A stretch of DNA of 31,364 nt from Paraglomus brasilianum (taxonomy: Eukaryota): NCBI GenBank assembly GCA_910592345.1, contig CAJVPI010000013.1, positions 62,001-93,364 on the forward strand. Direction: 5' to 3'. The notes below the pieces were generated by a model. It was not told the origin of the DNA. It saw only the letters and a program-made list of their open reading frames with translations, and made no database searches. A program made the position numbers and the translations under genes. Below, piece after piece: positions 1 to 12,335 of this stretch (its first letter is position 1; every line of letters starts with the position of its first letter).

Positions 1-447
1 CGTTATTGTATTTCACAGCGTTATATCGGCAATGGAACAAAGGGAAAAAATAAAATTTTTTTTTTCATGGCTGGGCCATTCTATTGCAATCCTTTTTCTC
101 TCTTTTAGTTAGGACACATCACGATCACTAGACGTGCATACAGACATAGCAGATACATGTCTGACTTTTTTGTCAGTCTTATAATGTAGATTGCATGATA
201 CCCAACCGTCACACTGAATGCACAGTAACACTAAACAGTTACAGTTCAATAATATAAATATCTGATGAATATTGTAATGATCAAGTCTCGTGGCATCACC
301 TCGTGCAGCACAGTCTGTGGAGTCAGGTGCTTAGATGCTAGACTGCGCCGAGATGCCTGCATTAGAGAAAATTGGGGGAATGAAAAGACTGAGCAGATTG
401 ATAACAGTGATCATTATTAGCATTAGATTGGCGTGTTTATCGAGTAA

Positions 448-499
448 GGATGGGATGTGGATGGGATGTGGATGGGGTGTGGATGGGGTGCGGGTCGGG
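448..499 (+). repeat. 11-bp tandem repeat (GGATGGG[A/G]TGT)x4 plus G-runs
   Basis: Read directly; six runs of at least 3 G. Confidence 0.85.
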
Positions 500-910
500 C
501 AAAGGACACTGGTCGTTTAGAATGCTGTATCTGTCAGCGTGATCGCATTTGCATATGGAACATATCTTGCTTGTATAATTAATTATTATAACTCATGTTC
601 TCACACGAATTGCTCAATGAGTGGGGTGGGGGGGCTCATGAACCATTCAAAGAATGGATGAGTAAGAATGAGATCATGCTCATAATCAAAACAATCTGTG
701 GTAATTTTAAATGTACAATCAATTATATCAATCATTTCATATTATCACGTATGCAATTATAATAATTATAATTTTTTTTCTTTTTTTTTTTTTACCCTTT
801 TCAACTCAATAGTTACATGAGCCAATCATTCATCGCAAGTAAATGATTTTATGCATTTTATTTACTTACACTAATCAACAAGTAAACCTCATATTACTCG
901 TTTTACTTAC

Positions 911-1379
911 TCATCCATTGACACGTCATCTGGTAAACATCTTGGCGTCAAAATTCGACAACATCCGAAGTAATCGCAGTAAAGGAAATGCAAAGCCGTG
1001 ATTTGTGCGAGAGAGACAGTTGCAGAGTACAGATCTAGAATGGTGTCTATTGTAAGAGATGGATTCGGGCTAATAGCAAAAAACAAACATGACAATAATA
1101 GTATGAAAAGCGTTATTATTGTCTATGGTTAAACGACAATCATAGTATGATGTCAACATTCTTTTTATATAATCGTCATCATCATCATACATATTTGCCC
1201 CTTGCTCATGTTTCCTTGTTCATATAAAGTTTATACTACACCCCCTGTTCTATCGTCGGCTTTACGGTTTTGCAATGGCCTTTTCCTTACTTCCATAATA
1301 GTACTGACTTATCATTCTCCCCAAAACTGACAACAATAGCCGACGGTTCTCTTGTATAAACATTGTAAGCATGTGGCAT
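911..1379 (-). CDS. Candidate small spliced gene; exons 1379-1291 and 1069-911, final exon unresolved
   Basis: ATG 1379, donor GTAAGG (1290), T-rich TAG acceptor (1071-1070), donor GTAAGT (910). Phases match, giving MPHAYNVYTREPSAIVVSFGENDKSVLLWNPNPSLTIDTILDLYSATVSLAQITALHFLYCDYFGCCRILTPRCLPDDVSMD. No homology recognised. Confidence 0.3.
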
Positions 1380-1512
1380 TGAATTCGGTGAGAATTGGGC
1401 GGATAAGTGTAATATGTAATTAATTGTACAAAGACTTATTGGATAAAGATGGGCAATTGCATTAAAGAGGCGATATGATAATAATAAGGAGGCTGGTTAT
1501 TAAATGTCAGAG

Positions 1513-1800
1513 CAGTATCAGCGGCAGTATCAGCAGCAGTATCAGCGGCAGGCAGCATCAGGCAGCGGCATCAGCAGCAGCAACAATAGTTACAACAGTG
1601 ACAGCAACACAACAACACCAACAACAGCAAGTAATATAATCATCATCAGCAGCATCAGCAGCAGCAGCAGCAGCAGCAGCCAGCGGCAGCCAGCAGCAGC
1701 AAGCCGTGACAGTAATAGTAATTAGTAACAGTAGTAACAGTAACAAGTAACAGTGGGCAACAACACAACACAACACAACACAACACAACACAACATCAAC
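1513..1800. repeat. Compound microsatellite: CAGTATCAGC[A/G]G 12-mers, (CAG)n, (CAA)n, AGTAAC and (CAACA)n
   Basis: Read directly; explains the low-complexity ORFs at 1504-1887. Confidence 0.9.
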
Positions 1801-2443
1801 AATAAAATAACCATTGCTTTTGATCACTATTATCGTCATCTGTTTACTACTGCTATGACTTATTCTGCTAGATTGTCTCATGCACAAATAGTAAATATGG
1901 AATGCGCAGCGGAAGTTGTGGAACGGCTAAAGTTTCTACTTTACCGACATTTCTATATTAACAAGCATGTGGCTTGGATTGGATCCGGAAAGGTGGGGTG
2001 ACTTTCGGGTTTGAGTTTAAAGTGTAAGAGAATGGGTAAAAAATCAAAGGGTAGTATGAATTGCACGGAATACATATGAGTTGAACATACAGTCTAGATT
2101 TTGATTGCCGCGAGTAGATTGCCGTTATTCGTATTCTGTATCTATTTTAGTTGTTATCATTTGATTCTATTATTAAATGTAATGTGGCACATGTTTTTTG
2201 TCTTTCAGCATGCGGCGTATTTTGAAGTAAGGGAAGGGGGGTGAGGAAGGGGAGAAGCTGGATTGGACAAATATGGAGACTGCAATTTTATTATCCGGAA
2301 TAAAAGTCTAATTATTATCCACAGAAAGACTCTTAAGGAAAAACGATGAGCGGACCCTCCATTGAAAGGTTGATTAAGTATTCAATGCAAGCCAAATGGA
2401 GAAGATTAATGACGATGATTTAGGAACAAGGAAAGAAGGAGTT

Positions 2444-2636
2444 GTGTGGAGTGGAGTGGAGTGGAGTGTGTAGAGTGGTGTGGTGTAGAGTGGAGAGTGG
2501 AGAGTGGTGTAGGGTGGAATGGTGTAGCGTTTGAATAATTGAATAATTGAATAATTGAATAATTGAATAATTGAATAATTGATTGAATGATTGAATAATT
2601 GAATAATTGAATAATTGATTGAATGATTGAATAATT
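2444..2636. repeat. (GTGGA)n-like tract followed by about 13 copies of the octamer TTGAATAA (2531-2636)
   Basis: Read directly; the variant TTGATTGAATGA interruption occurs twice. Confidence 0.92.
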
Positions 2637-3748
2637 TGATAATAATAGTATGAAAGGCATAGCGGCATGTGTAATTGTGATGTCGATACTAATTATCACA
2701 AGTGTAAGATTTGTCATCATTCCGCGATGTTGTCCCATTATCTATCATGTATTTATCACTACTTATCACAACCAATCGATATCTATTGATTGTGTTACTC
2801 GGTAATCTTTTTCCGCCAAAAAGCTTTTCAAACGTGTCCAATTGCAATCATTGCATTGTTTGTACTGGTCTTATTAGTTATGGCGTACGAAATATATATA
2901 CCTTATTTAGGAGACATGAAAATCCAGGCAACAACAACAACGTAATAATAAATAATAATAAATAAAATAAAAATAAAAATATAATAATAGCAAGAAAAAC
3001 CACTTGATAGCCACAACCACGCAACCACACAGGAATAACTATCGCATCATTGCCGCAATAATAATAATAAATGGAATAGCGTTAGTTGTCCGTCTGTAAT
3101 AGATGCCTGTAAATGGGGGTTGTTTGTATGTAATGGATGGTGTATATTTGTGTACACACATATATATCGGGTAAAAAGGTAATCATTTCAAATCCCATTT
3201 TTATCAATATCTTGAGATCATAAAGTCGGTGTTCCGCTGTTTCGATTGTGAATACATAATTGTACAGACATACGGACTTGTGTAAAACCAAGGGAAAAAA
3301 CGCACAGTTCTCATCTATAGAGTTGGGGGTGAAGAAAAAAGCTCAGCCAATTCGCCAAATAACAAACACATGATTGATTGGCAACAGATATGCTTTATGG
3401 ATTGTTCAAAAGTCTTGTGTCGTTTCTGCTGTTTCTTCTTCTTTTACATTCTTCCTACATCCGTAACCTTCCTTGTTATTATAGATGGCCCCTTTTATTC
3501 GTTCAAAGCCTCACACACTCGCACACTCGCACACTCTTGCCCATAACAATAAACAATATCAGACTAGTAATACATTATGATTACAAACAGTATAATATAG
3601 ATTGTATTTCACTTTTGCGCATCAGCCAATTAGTATCTGGGGGTGTGTATGTGAATAGAGGGAGAATAGAATTAATAGAATTGGGGGGAATGGGGGGGGG
3701 GGACATTTGATAAGATGAAATAGGAAAAGTACGGGTACATAGGATATA

Positions 3749-3975
3749 GTGTATATGGTGTATATAGATGGTGTGTATAGATGGTTATATTGTGTATATG
3801 GTGCATAGATGGTGTATATAGATGGTTATATTGTGTATATGGTTTATATGGTTATATGGTTATATGGCTATACAGCATGGCTATACAGCATGGCTATACA
3901 GCATGGCTATACAGTATGGTTTATACAGCGTAGCTATACAGTATGAGTTATACATTTATACAGTATGGGTTATAT
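3749..3975. repeat. Degenerate minisatellite of 8-13 bp units, including (GCTATACAGCATG)x3-4
   Basis: Read directly; unit sequence drifts along the array. Confidence 0.88.
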
Positions 3976-4436
3976 ACTGTACTACTACACTGTACTACTA
4001 CATACACCGTATAATATAGTAATAAAAATTATGTAACATGTGTGCACCATGACTTATCATTATCGATGTATATTGTTTATATTGATCCGGCGTTTGCCTT
4101 ATTCGATTAGACAGTGATGAGCAGAAAACTGTCCAAACACACGTTTTTCCATGACAACGAATTCCTCCTCGATAATAGGGGGACATTACGTAAAAAAAGG
4201 GGAGTATGAAGGATTTTTAAACTTAAAGTGTCAAGGCAAACAAAGGCGGAGTTTGATGAAGGAGGGGAATGAAAGAAGGAAATGTAGGAAATTTGAGATA
4301 TTCGGTTTTTCGCTATAATGAGAAGTGTATTATGGCTGTACATTGATTGCTTGTATGGGAATGTTATGTATAGGAATAATATGCTGTGTATAATATAATA
4401 TGTTGTGTATACGTTATATTCTCATTCTTAATCTTA

Positions 4437-4755
4437 TTATTATTATATTGTTGTTGTTTGTTATTATTATTATTATCATCACCATCATTATTATTATTGT
4501 TATTGTTATCGTTATCATTATCGCCCGTTGTTGTATGTATGTGTGTATGTATGGTATATGTGTATGTGTATGTATGGTATGATGTGATGTTGCCTACTGC
4601 CTACCTGCCTACCTACCTACTGCCTGTCTGTCTGTCTGCCTGCCTGTCTCTCTGTCTCTCTGTCTCTTACTTGCATTATTATTACTATAATCAATCAATC
4701 AATCCATCTGCCTATCAATCAGTCGATTGTTCGATTATTTATTCATTCATTCAAT
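4437..4755. repeat. Chain of microsatellites (TTA/TTG, TATG, CCTA/CCTG/TCTG, TCAA, TTCA)
   Basis: Read directly. Confidence 0.88.
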
Positions 4756-5325
4756 ACTTATTATACGCATTTATTGAAAAAAAACTTTAAACCTGCCGAA
4801 TGCAACACAAGTTGCATCATTTTGAATACAAATGAAGAGTCGGGCATAATATGCGAATATATGTTGACAGCTATTACAACATCACAAAGAATGCTATTAC
4901 CAGTATTAATCAACTAGTTATTTATAATTGATATTATTGCTGCCATTCTTTTACTATTATATATCATTCGTATATCATATTGTTATTATTACTTGTCCTA
5001 TAAGGGCATTAATGATGACATGTAGACATGCTTTTGCTTCATCCATCTTCATCCATTCGTCGTCCATTACAGCAAGACTTGCTTGGCCTTCGCTTATTAA
5101 CTATTACTGCTCGGCTCGTTACCCGCAGCCATCATCCTTCTGTATGACATCAATATCTATAATTCATTTATTGTATAATTCTATAATGCATTGATTAGCG
5201 AATAACACAAATATAAATAAATAAGTAATCAGTAAAAGAATCTAAACATCAAAATAGAACTGATTAAATACGCACCAACCGCATCTGCATATGATGAAGG
5301 AAATATACGGATGCACTATTGTTGT

Positions 5326-5522
5326 TTGATGTTGATGTTGATGTTGATGTTGATGTGCGTATATTGTGTGTATACCAAGCATATTGTAAGTGTGCGTATA
5401 CCAAGCATATATACCAAGCATATTGTAAGTGTGTGTATCAACTATTCAACTATAGTTATATGTGTTTGTTGTGTGTGTGTGCACATTTCTTTTTTTTTTT
5501 TTTTCCTTTTTTTTTTTTTTTT
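5326..5522. repeat. (TTGATG)5, a 26-bp duplicated unit (ATACCAAGCATATTGTAAGTGTG[C/T]GT, 5371-5438) and a poly-T tract
   Basis: Read directly. Confidence 0.85.
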
Positions 5523-6051
5523 CTTCTCCTTTTTCTTTATTCTCTTTCAAACAAAGTACTTTAAAACTCTGTTATTAGTTTTGTATCAGTACTATTTTAG
5601 TATAACATATCAAATAATTTATACTACATGAATTATAAATACAATTTCAATTTACGTAACCTCGATTTTTTTTAAGTATAAAAAACATGCAATTAAAACA
5701 ATAAGAGTACAATATAAACACCCTAAACTTATATAAATCCGTATATTCTTATTTATTCGCAACTTGTCTCAGTTATTCAACTCAACTCGGCCAAACTCAA
5801 CCAAACCCGACCAAACCCACCCACCCACTTTCCATTCACGCCACGAACCCCCCCCTTTCTTATCCCCCCCCTAATATACATGTCTCAGCAAATTGAATAA
5901 ATAGACCCCGTCCCGGCCTTTTCTTTTTTTTTTCACTTCGTTTCCTGATCATATTACAATACAGAAACAAAAAGTCAAAAAACAAACCAAATCATAAAGA
6001 CTCTAATTTTCTTCGTTTCAAAGAGTGTCCTAGATCCAAATTATCCAAATA

Positions 6052-6092
6052 ACTTGACAATTACTTGACAATTACTTGACAATTACTTGACA
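6052..6092 (+). repeat. Perfect 11-bp tandem repeat (ACTTGACAATT)x3.7, 45 bp upstream of the cyclin ATG
   Basis: Units at 6052, 6063 and 6074, partial at 6085. Confidence 0.95.
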
Positions 6093-6137
6093 TCACTTTT
6101 CCCTCTTCTCCCTTCTCAAAACGCGAGCTCTTTCAAA

Positions 6138-7250
6138 ATGTATCTAAACTCTACATCCGTGTGTTCGCTACCAACGTCCGCGACATTAACGATCAACAAA
6201 CTACAACCTTCACTACGCAATATAAGACGATTTAAACCATTGCCTCCGCTTCCGACATCGCAATCTCCTCATATAAGATACATACAACGTGTCCATACAC
6301 GCGATCCGCGACGACAAAAACCTACAACAAACACAATTATTACTAATACTTCTAATACTCAGCTAATATCTCCCATACCACTCACCACCACCACTACGAC
6401 TCGCATCACGAACTCTTATCAAGAATCCCTTCTCGAACAGATGCCGCTGGAACGCGCATCAGACTTTGCCGCTCATGTGGCTCATTACCTTTGGTTTACC
6501 GATCTCCAGAACACTCCCTTCTGGAACTTCGATTCCTGTCAACCCCGCACTCAATTCAAAAAGTTCTGTCGCGACGTAGTAAATGCCACCCAAGTCTCCC
6601 ATTCCGTAATAGCTCTCTCTCTACTATACATTTACCGAATGAAAATAAAAGTCCCCCCCATACAGGGACATCCTGGCTCCGAATTCAGAGCATTCACAGT
6701 CGCATTGATGCTTGCCAACAAGTTTCTCGACGACAACACATATACAAACAAAACGTGGTCCGAAGTCACGAATATCCCCGTAAAAGAGATCAACATTATG
6801 GAAATGGAATTCCTCAGTTCGCTAGACTTTTCCTTGTTCGTCTCGCTCGACGATTACTACAACTGGGTCTATTCCATTGACGCTCACATTCCCAACAACG
6901 ACGACTCGATGAACGACGATTCCAATGCTCCCGACTGTGCAATTCCTATTCCCCAAGCAATAGACTACAACCTGCAAGTTCAATCTCAAAACATCGTTCC
7001 CATATCACAACCCCAGCAATTGGTCTCCTCAATGGTATGCACGTCTACCGCATTACCCATGGAAACCATGCAACAATCTTCTGCTGTCTCGACGAGTTAC
7101 AAACGATCCGTTGATCAAGCATTCGTCGATGGGATAATAACGTCTCCGCCAAAGAGATCCAACGCGAGCTCGAATTATTCCGTATATGCAATCCCACAAA
7201 CACAACAACGGCATACACAGCAGCAGCAACAACAACAACAGCAACAACAA

Positions 7251-7283
<33 letters not shown>

Positions 7284-7556
7284 GTTGTATATCAACAAGC
7301 ACAGACAGTGACATTGCCAAATAATTATTTTCCAGCGTCAGTAAACGTACAGTCGTCGAATAACGGGCTCGTATATGGAAATACGACAATGTACGATTTC
7401 CAACAGAGCTACGGGAATGCACCGTCACAATACACTTTGGTCGATCCTGTGAGCGTATTATATACGGCAAGTAGAAGAATGTCGCTGTATAATGTGCGTG
7501 CATCGGCACTTCCGATTAATGCAATCTCATTTCAAACGGCCGTGAATGCCATCTAG
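6138..7556 (+). CDS. Pcl/Pho80-family cyclin-like protein (Clg1/Mug80-like), single exon, 472 aa, with a 22-Gln tract
   Basis: First ATG of the 489-codon ORF is at 6138 (AAAATG). Cyclin-box motifs TQVSHSVIALSLLYIYRMK, GSEFRAFTVALMLANKFLDDNTYTNKTW and EINIMEMEFLSSLDFSL are typical of fungal Pho85-type cyclins. Low-complexity N- and C-terminal tails. Confidence 0.9.
7218..7283 (+). repeat. Coding CAG/CAA repeat (22 Gln) in the cyclin
   Basis: 66 nt of CAG/CAA codons in frame. Confidence 0.95.
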
Positions 7557-9002
7557 ACTATAAAAATTGTAAGAAATGTATAGAATCATAAAAGAGAGCT
7601 GAATTTGGGGATCAATCGAAAAAAAAGAAAAAAAAAAGAGTAATAGAAAGTGTTGGAGACTGATATAATATTTCCTTTTATTTTCAACATGTTTATTTCC
7701 TGCATTTTTTCGTTATTACTTTGAACATTTATTATACCTGCACACATATATATATACAGGATTCATCTTTTATTATTCTCTAATGGATGATCAACTGCTC
7801 TTGTGCGTGATGATGGTTTTATCAAGAACTCTCTCTCTTATATATCTGTAAAGGCGCTTATTTTCATGGCGCGAAATATTTGTCAGTAGTATACTTTTTA
7901 CTCCTTGTTTGTACAGATTTGTGATTAGACTTTTTTTTTTTCCTTGCATTTGTATTTTAGTTTTATCATTTTGTTTTTTTTTTTACAAACTTCCTGCAGT
8001 CGTTTATTTTCCTACTCACACCCCTCACGAGTTTCGCCTATATTTTTTTCTACTTTTACTTTTTCCTGTTATTTTCTTCCCTTTCCCACTCGATATATTA
8101 AAAAAAAGTATACATATCAAACTTAGATTAGTTTAGTACACTCTTTCACACAATGTTGAATGAATGAATGAATGAAAACAAATGAATGAATGTTGCAAAA
8201 AGAAAAAGGAGATGACATGAATGACAAGATTTAGCATATGATAGTTTTGGTGGTGGCGTTGGTTTCTAACGTGATAATGAAACGATTCTCTAATAAACTG
8301 AAGCGATGACAAATGGTGTATATTTCACACAAAAATCTGTATTGTTGCGTATGTTGTGCGTGTTTGTTGATTATTGTCGAGTGCACATGATTTTACTATA
8401 TAAAACTGGACAACTGCAGAGTCCCGTGCTCGGGTAAAAGGACTATACGCACGCATCACTCCTTTGTCGTTTCTTTTTCCTCCTCTGCAGTGAAACAGTC
8501 TGGATTCTATGAACCATTCGTAATTCTTTGTCGATAGAATTAGTAAAATAAGGATAAAAGAGGCTTTTTTTTTCCGCACAAAGAGGTGGGGGGAGGGCGC
8601 TTTCATGTATGAATGAATGGTTTTGTATGTATGTGTGTGTATATGTGTGGCTTCTGTGTGCCCCATGATACACCGAGGGAGACTATTAATGGTTAACCTA
8701 AATTGAGACTATTACGATAGACAATTCCGGCTTTCTACATACAATCATTAAATCTTTGCTCACAATCCGAACTTTTTTTCTATTAATAATACTACTATTT
8801 ATCATTAATCATTTATTTGCCTCTTTTAAACCTCGGGTTTTTATTTAAGAAATCGACATCCCATTTGAGTCGCAATTGTTGGTCAAGTAATACTTGTTTG
8901 CTCACCCAATGAAAAGCGTGACAACTTGTCTATTTCACGACGTGTTGTGATATTCCGGTGACAAATGAAGCAAACAGCGTATATAAACAGCGTAAACAGT
9001 GT

Positions 9003-9011
9003 TTGTTGTTG

Positions 9012-9045
<34 letters not shown>
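9003..9045. repeat. (TTG)n(TTA)n microsatellite
   Basis: Read directly. Confidence 0.9.
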
Positions 9046-12000
9046 GGTTTTCCTTAGCTAATAATTATTATTGTCACCGCAATGTCATCATCCGCGTGTA
9101 TAATCTATTATTATTATATCAGCTGAGCATTGCTTCAATTGGTCATTCACGTGAGGATACAAAGTATAAACATATATTAATATTAAAATATACTTAATTT
9201 ATAAGTACATCAAACATTAACCTTAATATCAATCAATGTTGGTCGCTGCTAAAAAATTTAATATCAATCTTAATATGTTTGCCATAGTAACGATTTGTCA
9301 TATTGTTTACATGAACGTTCGGCACACTATTGAGAGGCATGAATCACTACATCAAATCAACAAATAGCCGACATTCTGGACCTTTTCCCTCTGGTACATG
9401 AACCTACTACTTTAATTGTCATGAGTAAGGAGCACAGGAGAAGGAGGAGAGGAAGAATAATAAATGAATGAAATAAATGAACGGAACAGGTTAATTAGGC
9501 AAGAAACTACTACTCAATCACGAGATCATGCTAACGCAAATTTGTGACCAAGATTCTTTGTACGATTGAACAGACCCCTGTCTCCTCACGTTTTCTACAT
9601 GTATCAATCGTCAATAGGGATAAAATTCGCAATGTCCTTTGTGCATCGCAAGTGCGCATAACTTTCTCCATTTGCAGATCATCTCTGAATAGTAAAAGGG
9701 TGACTATTCTTATAATTTCATATTATTCTCGATTGAACCTTGTATCGTGAAAGTTTTAGTATCATAACGATTCACCATATATTTTGGTTCCCTTTTTTCG
9801 TAATCTATTTTGTGGTCCAACTAATTGTATTGCGAAACATTCAAGCATAAGCAGAATACTTGCACTAAAAAAGCCTCTGACGGACAAAGAACGCAGGATC
9901 CCCACGAATAAAATATTAGCCGGTTTTTGGCGACGAGGTCGTCATCTGTGTAGCAGTTTAAAGTTAGTAAATATTCGGATACTCGCAAGGCAAATGACAA
10001 CAAAAAGAACAGCTATTGTTCTCTTCAAGATGTTTGAGAATAAGCTTCTAAAGTGCATCCAATCATATGTAAACAAATCGTTCGTGTAGATCCTCAGTCT
10101 GCGACTAGATCATTCATGTGAAATTGTATGTATCGAGACGCATGCGCGATACCTCACCTGTTGTCTCTGCCCCTCCTCCCTTCTCAAACTCCACTTTTTG
10201 AAACGAGTATCTATTGTGCTTTCTTTGGTTGCGGAGGAGAGAGCGGTCAGTTTCGTGATGCTGAGACGTAAAAAATCGCCACAAATTTGCTAATTCGGGT
10301 AATGCTCGCTGCTATACTGTGTAGCCCGTGTAATACTATTCGTTTTTTCGAATATCAACAAGGCGACAATACTACTGATTACTATATAGCAAGACTTCAT
10401 TTCTGATATCAACAATTGTAAACAACCATTATAACAAGAAACAATCTGTACCTTTCCACATTTTTACTTGACACATTCATCGTATGAGAAATCAAAGAAT
10501 CGCGATTTAACATTATTTTTCCCAGTGTTGTGAATACTAGACACGGGTAATTTTATTCCAACAGCGAGAAGCATGTTAATGTGCAACATTTCTAACGCAC
10601 ACTTTAAGTTACAAACAGTCAATTTGATGTCACTATCTGCTCTTCCAAAGTACCAGCTTCATTAAAATAAAACTTTGTGGAAAACACTTGCTTGATTGAC
10701 AAGTTCGAGCTGTACTCCTTATTTAACCGCGAAAGAAAAAGGCGTTGTCGTCCTCACACAAACAAGAACGATATTATCGGCGATAATAACCATTAGACTT
10801 TGCAAGAATAAGGATGCTCTCAAATACAAGTACCAATTACTGTAAATACTGGCTAGATTAGACCCGTAAATCCCCTCAATGTCTCCTCCTCAGATTAGTC
10901 GCATGGACATACACAATACGCGAGCTTAAAATACACTACATGTATTGTCCTTGCACTGAGAAACGTCATCGGGAGTATCCGATCATCATAAATCGGTAAC
11001 CTGTCTACAAATAATCAACTATTAAATAATGTTTCAGCACACACACGTTTTACCAACGTCTGTATAATTTCATGTCTATCGTTGCGCCCTTAATTATCGT
11101 ATTCTACCAGTCAGACCTTGTGATAAATAACAGATGAGGCTTTTATGACTGCATCGGAATTTATAATTTCCTTTGAGCCATGCCAAGCCTTTTCCCTCTG
11201 CATATAATGTCTCATTTCATTATTAAAAATTACACACTCGGGGCCAATTCTTTTCCTTAAGCGTTGTTTTGCATTGAATTATTCTCATGTAAATATAAAC
11301 AAAAAGATTAGCTTTTGGCGAGTCAGATAATGTTTCCAACTTTCCTTCGGAATTCTAAAATAGGTTTTAACAACGAATTTATTTATAGAATTCTCGCGTC
11401 AATTTGGGTGTGTAAGCTTACGTGTGGCCTATTAATAACAAGTTGTTGTTAGTATGTATATGTAGCATTCAATTAAGCTTAGCCGACCATCAAGACATTA
11501 TATAAACGTTTGTTATAATATTATAACTACTACTAATAATAATAACGATAAAGACTAAAGGGACATCTAAGCAATAATCCATAAGTTACGCCAACTTTCG
11601 GTCTAAGCCGAGGTTTCTCGCACAATATAACTCTGTTCTAGCACAATATATCATCAATATGTTTCATTATGAGTCTTTATTTAATCGCGAATATTATTTA
11701 GTGATTGAGTAACGATAAATATTCCAACCTCATTATTAAATAACTCATTCTTTTGTGAGAAGATTCTTTCGCTCAAGGAATACTTCTTTTCCTTGTGCGA
11801 CTAACAACTGTATAGTATACAGATACGCTAATGTGAGAAGGGTTTAATGCCGAAACGTGGGAGATGTTTGAAATACGCCAGAAATATTAGGAAATATTGG
11901 AACGTAGGTTACGTTGGAGATCTTTATATTCATTAATCTCGCGGATGAGCGTAAACTAAATGACGGTGAATAGTTTTGGATAACGACTTATTTTTATCAT

Positions 12001-12335
12001 ATGAGATCGAACATGCCTTTTCAGTCTTGAAATCATTTACGCGTTTAAAGCTTTGTGATCAAAAAAAAAAAATCGAGACAGATAGAGCCATGATAATGTA
12101 TGCTAAACGCGGGAAATCAATGAGAGCATACGTTAACTTTATAATTATTCTTCAGTTCCCCAAGCAATAACCCAAACCATCAAGTACAAGCGCAATAGTT
12201 ATGGTATTTTTATTTTAATTCGAAGCATTTAAAAGGATCTTCATTGGCTAAATCATATAGCAGATTAAGTCACATGACTGTCAGAAATTTGATTTCTTCC
12301 CATTGCAAAAAATTCCCTTCTCAATATTACATGTT

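Noticed and set aside
3749..5438. Repeat arrays as a CRISPR or telomeric tract
   Set aside because: Units are contiguous with no unique spacers, there are no cas genes, and there is no TTAGGG-type array.
1504..5631. Many ORF-track entries with poly-L/I/S/A/F or NYSIIQLF repeats
   Set aside because: They are translations of microsatellites, open in several frames, with no domain signal.
6052..6092. Repeated TTGACA as a bacterial sigma70 -35 box or iteron array
   Set aside because: The context is a spliceosomal-intron eukaryotic locus, with no properly spaced -10 box or replication gene.
6491..7509. Overlapping and antisense ORFs inside the cyclin
   Set aside because: Shadow frames produced by codon bias and the CAG/CAA tract.
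9300..11300. Possible heavily decayed minus-strand gene (intron-like GTGAGG...TCGCAG near 10158-10100, hydrophobic frame downstream)
   Set aside because: Every frame has multiple stops and no recognisable motif; cannot be supported without a homology search.
11941..12295. PAC-like (GATGAG) and RRPE-like motifs and GTCACATGAC upstream of DBP7
   Set aside because: Imperfect short matches expected by chance in AT-rich DNA; conservation data would be needed.
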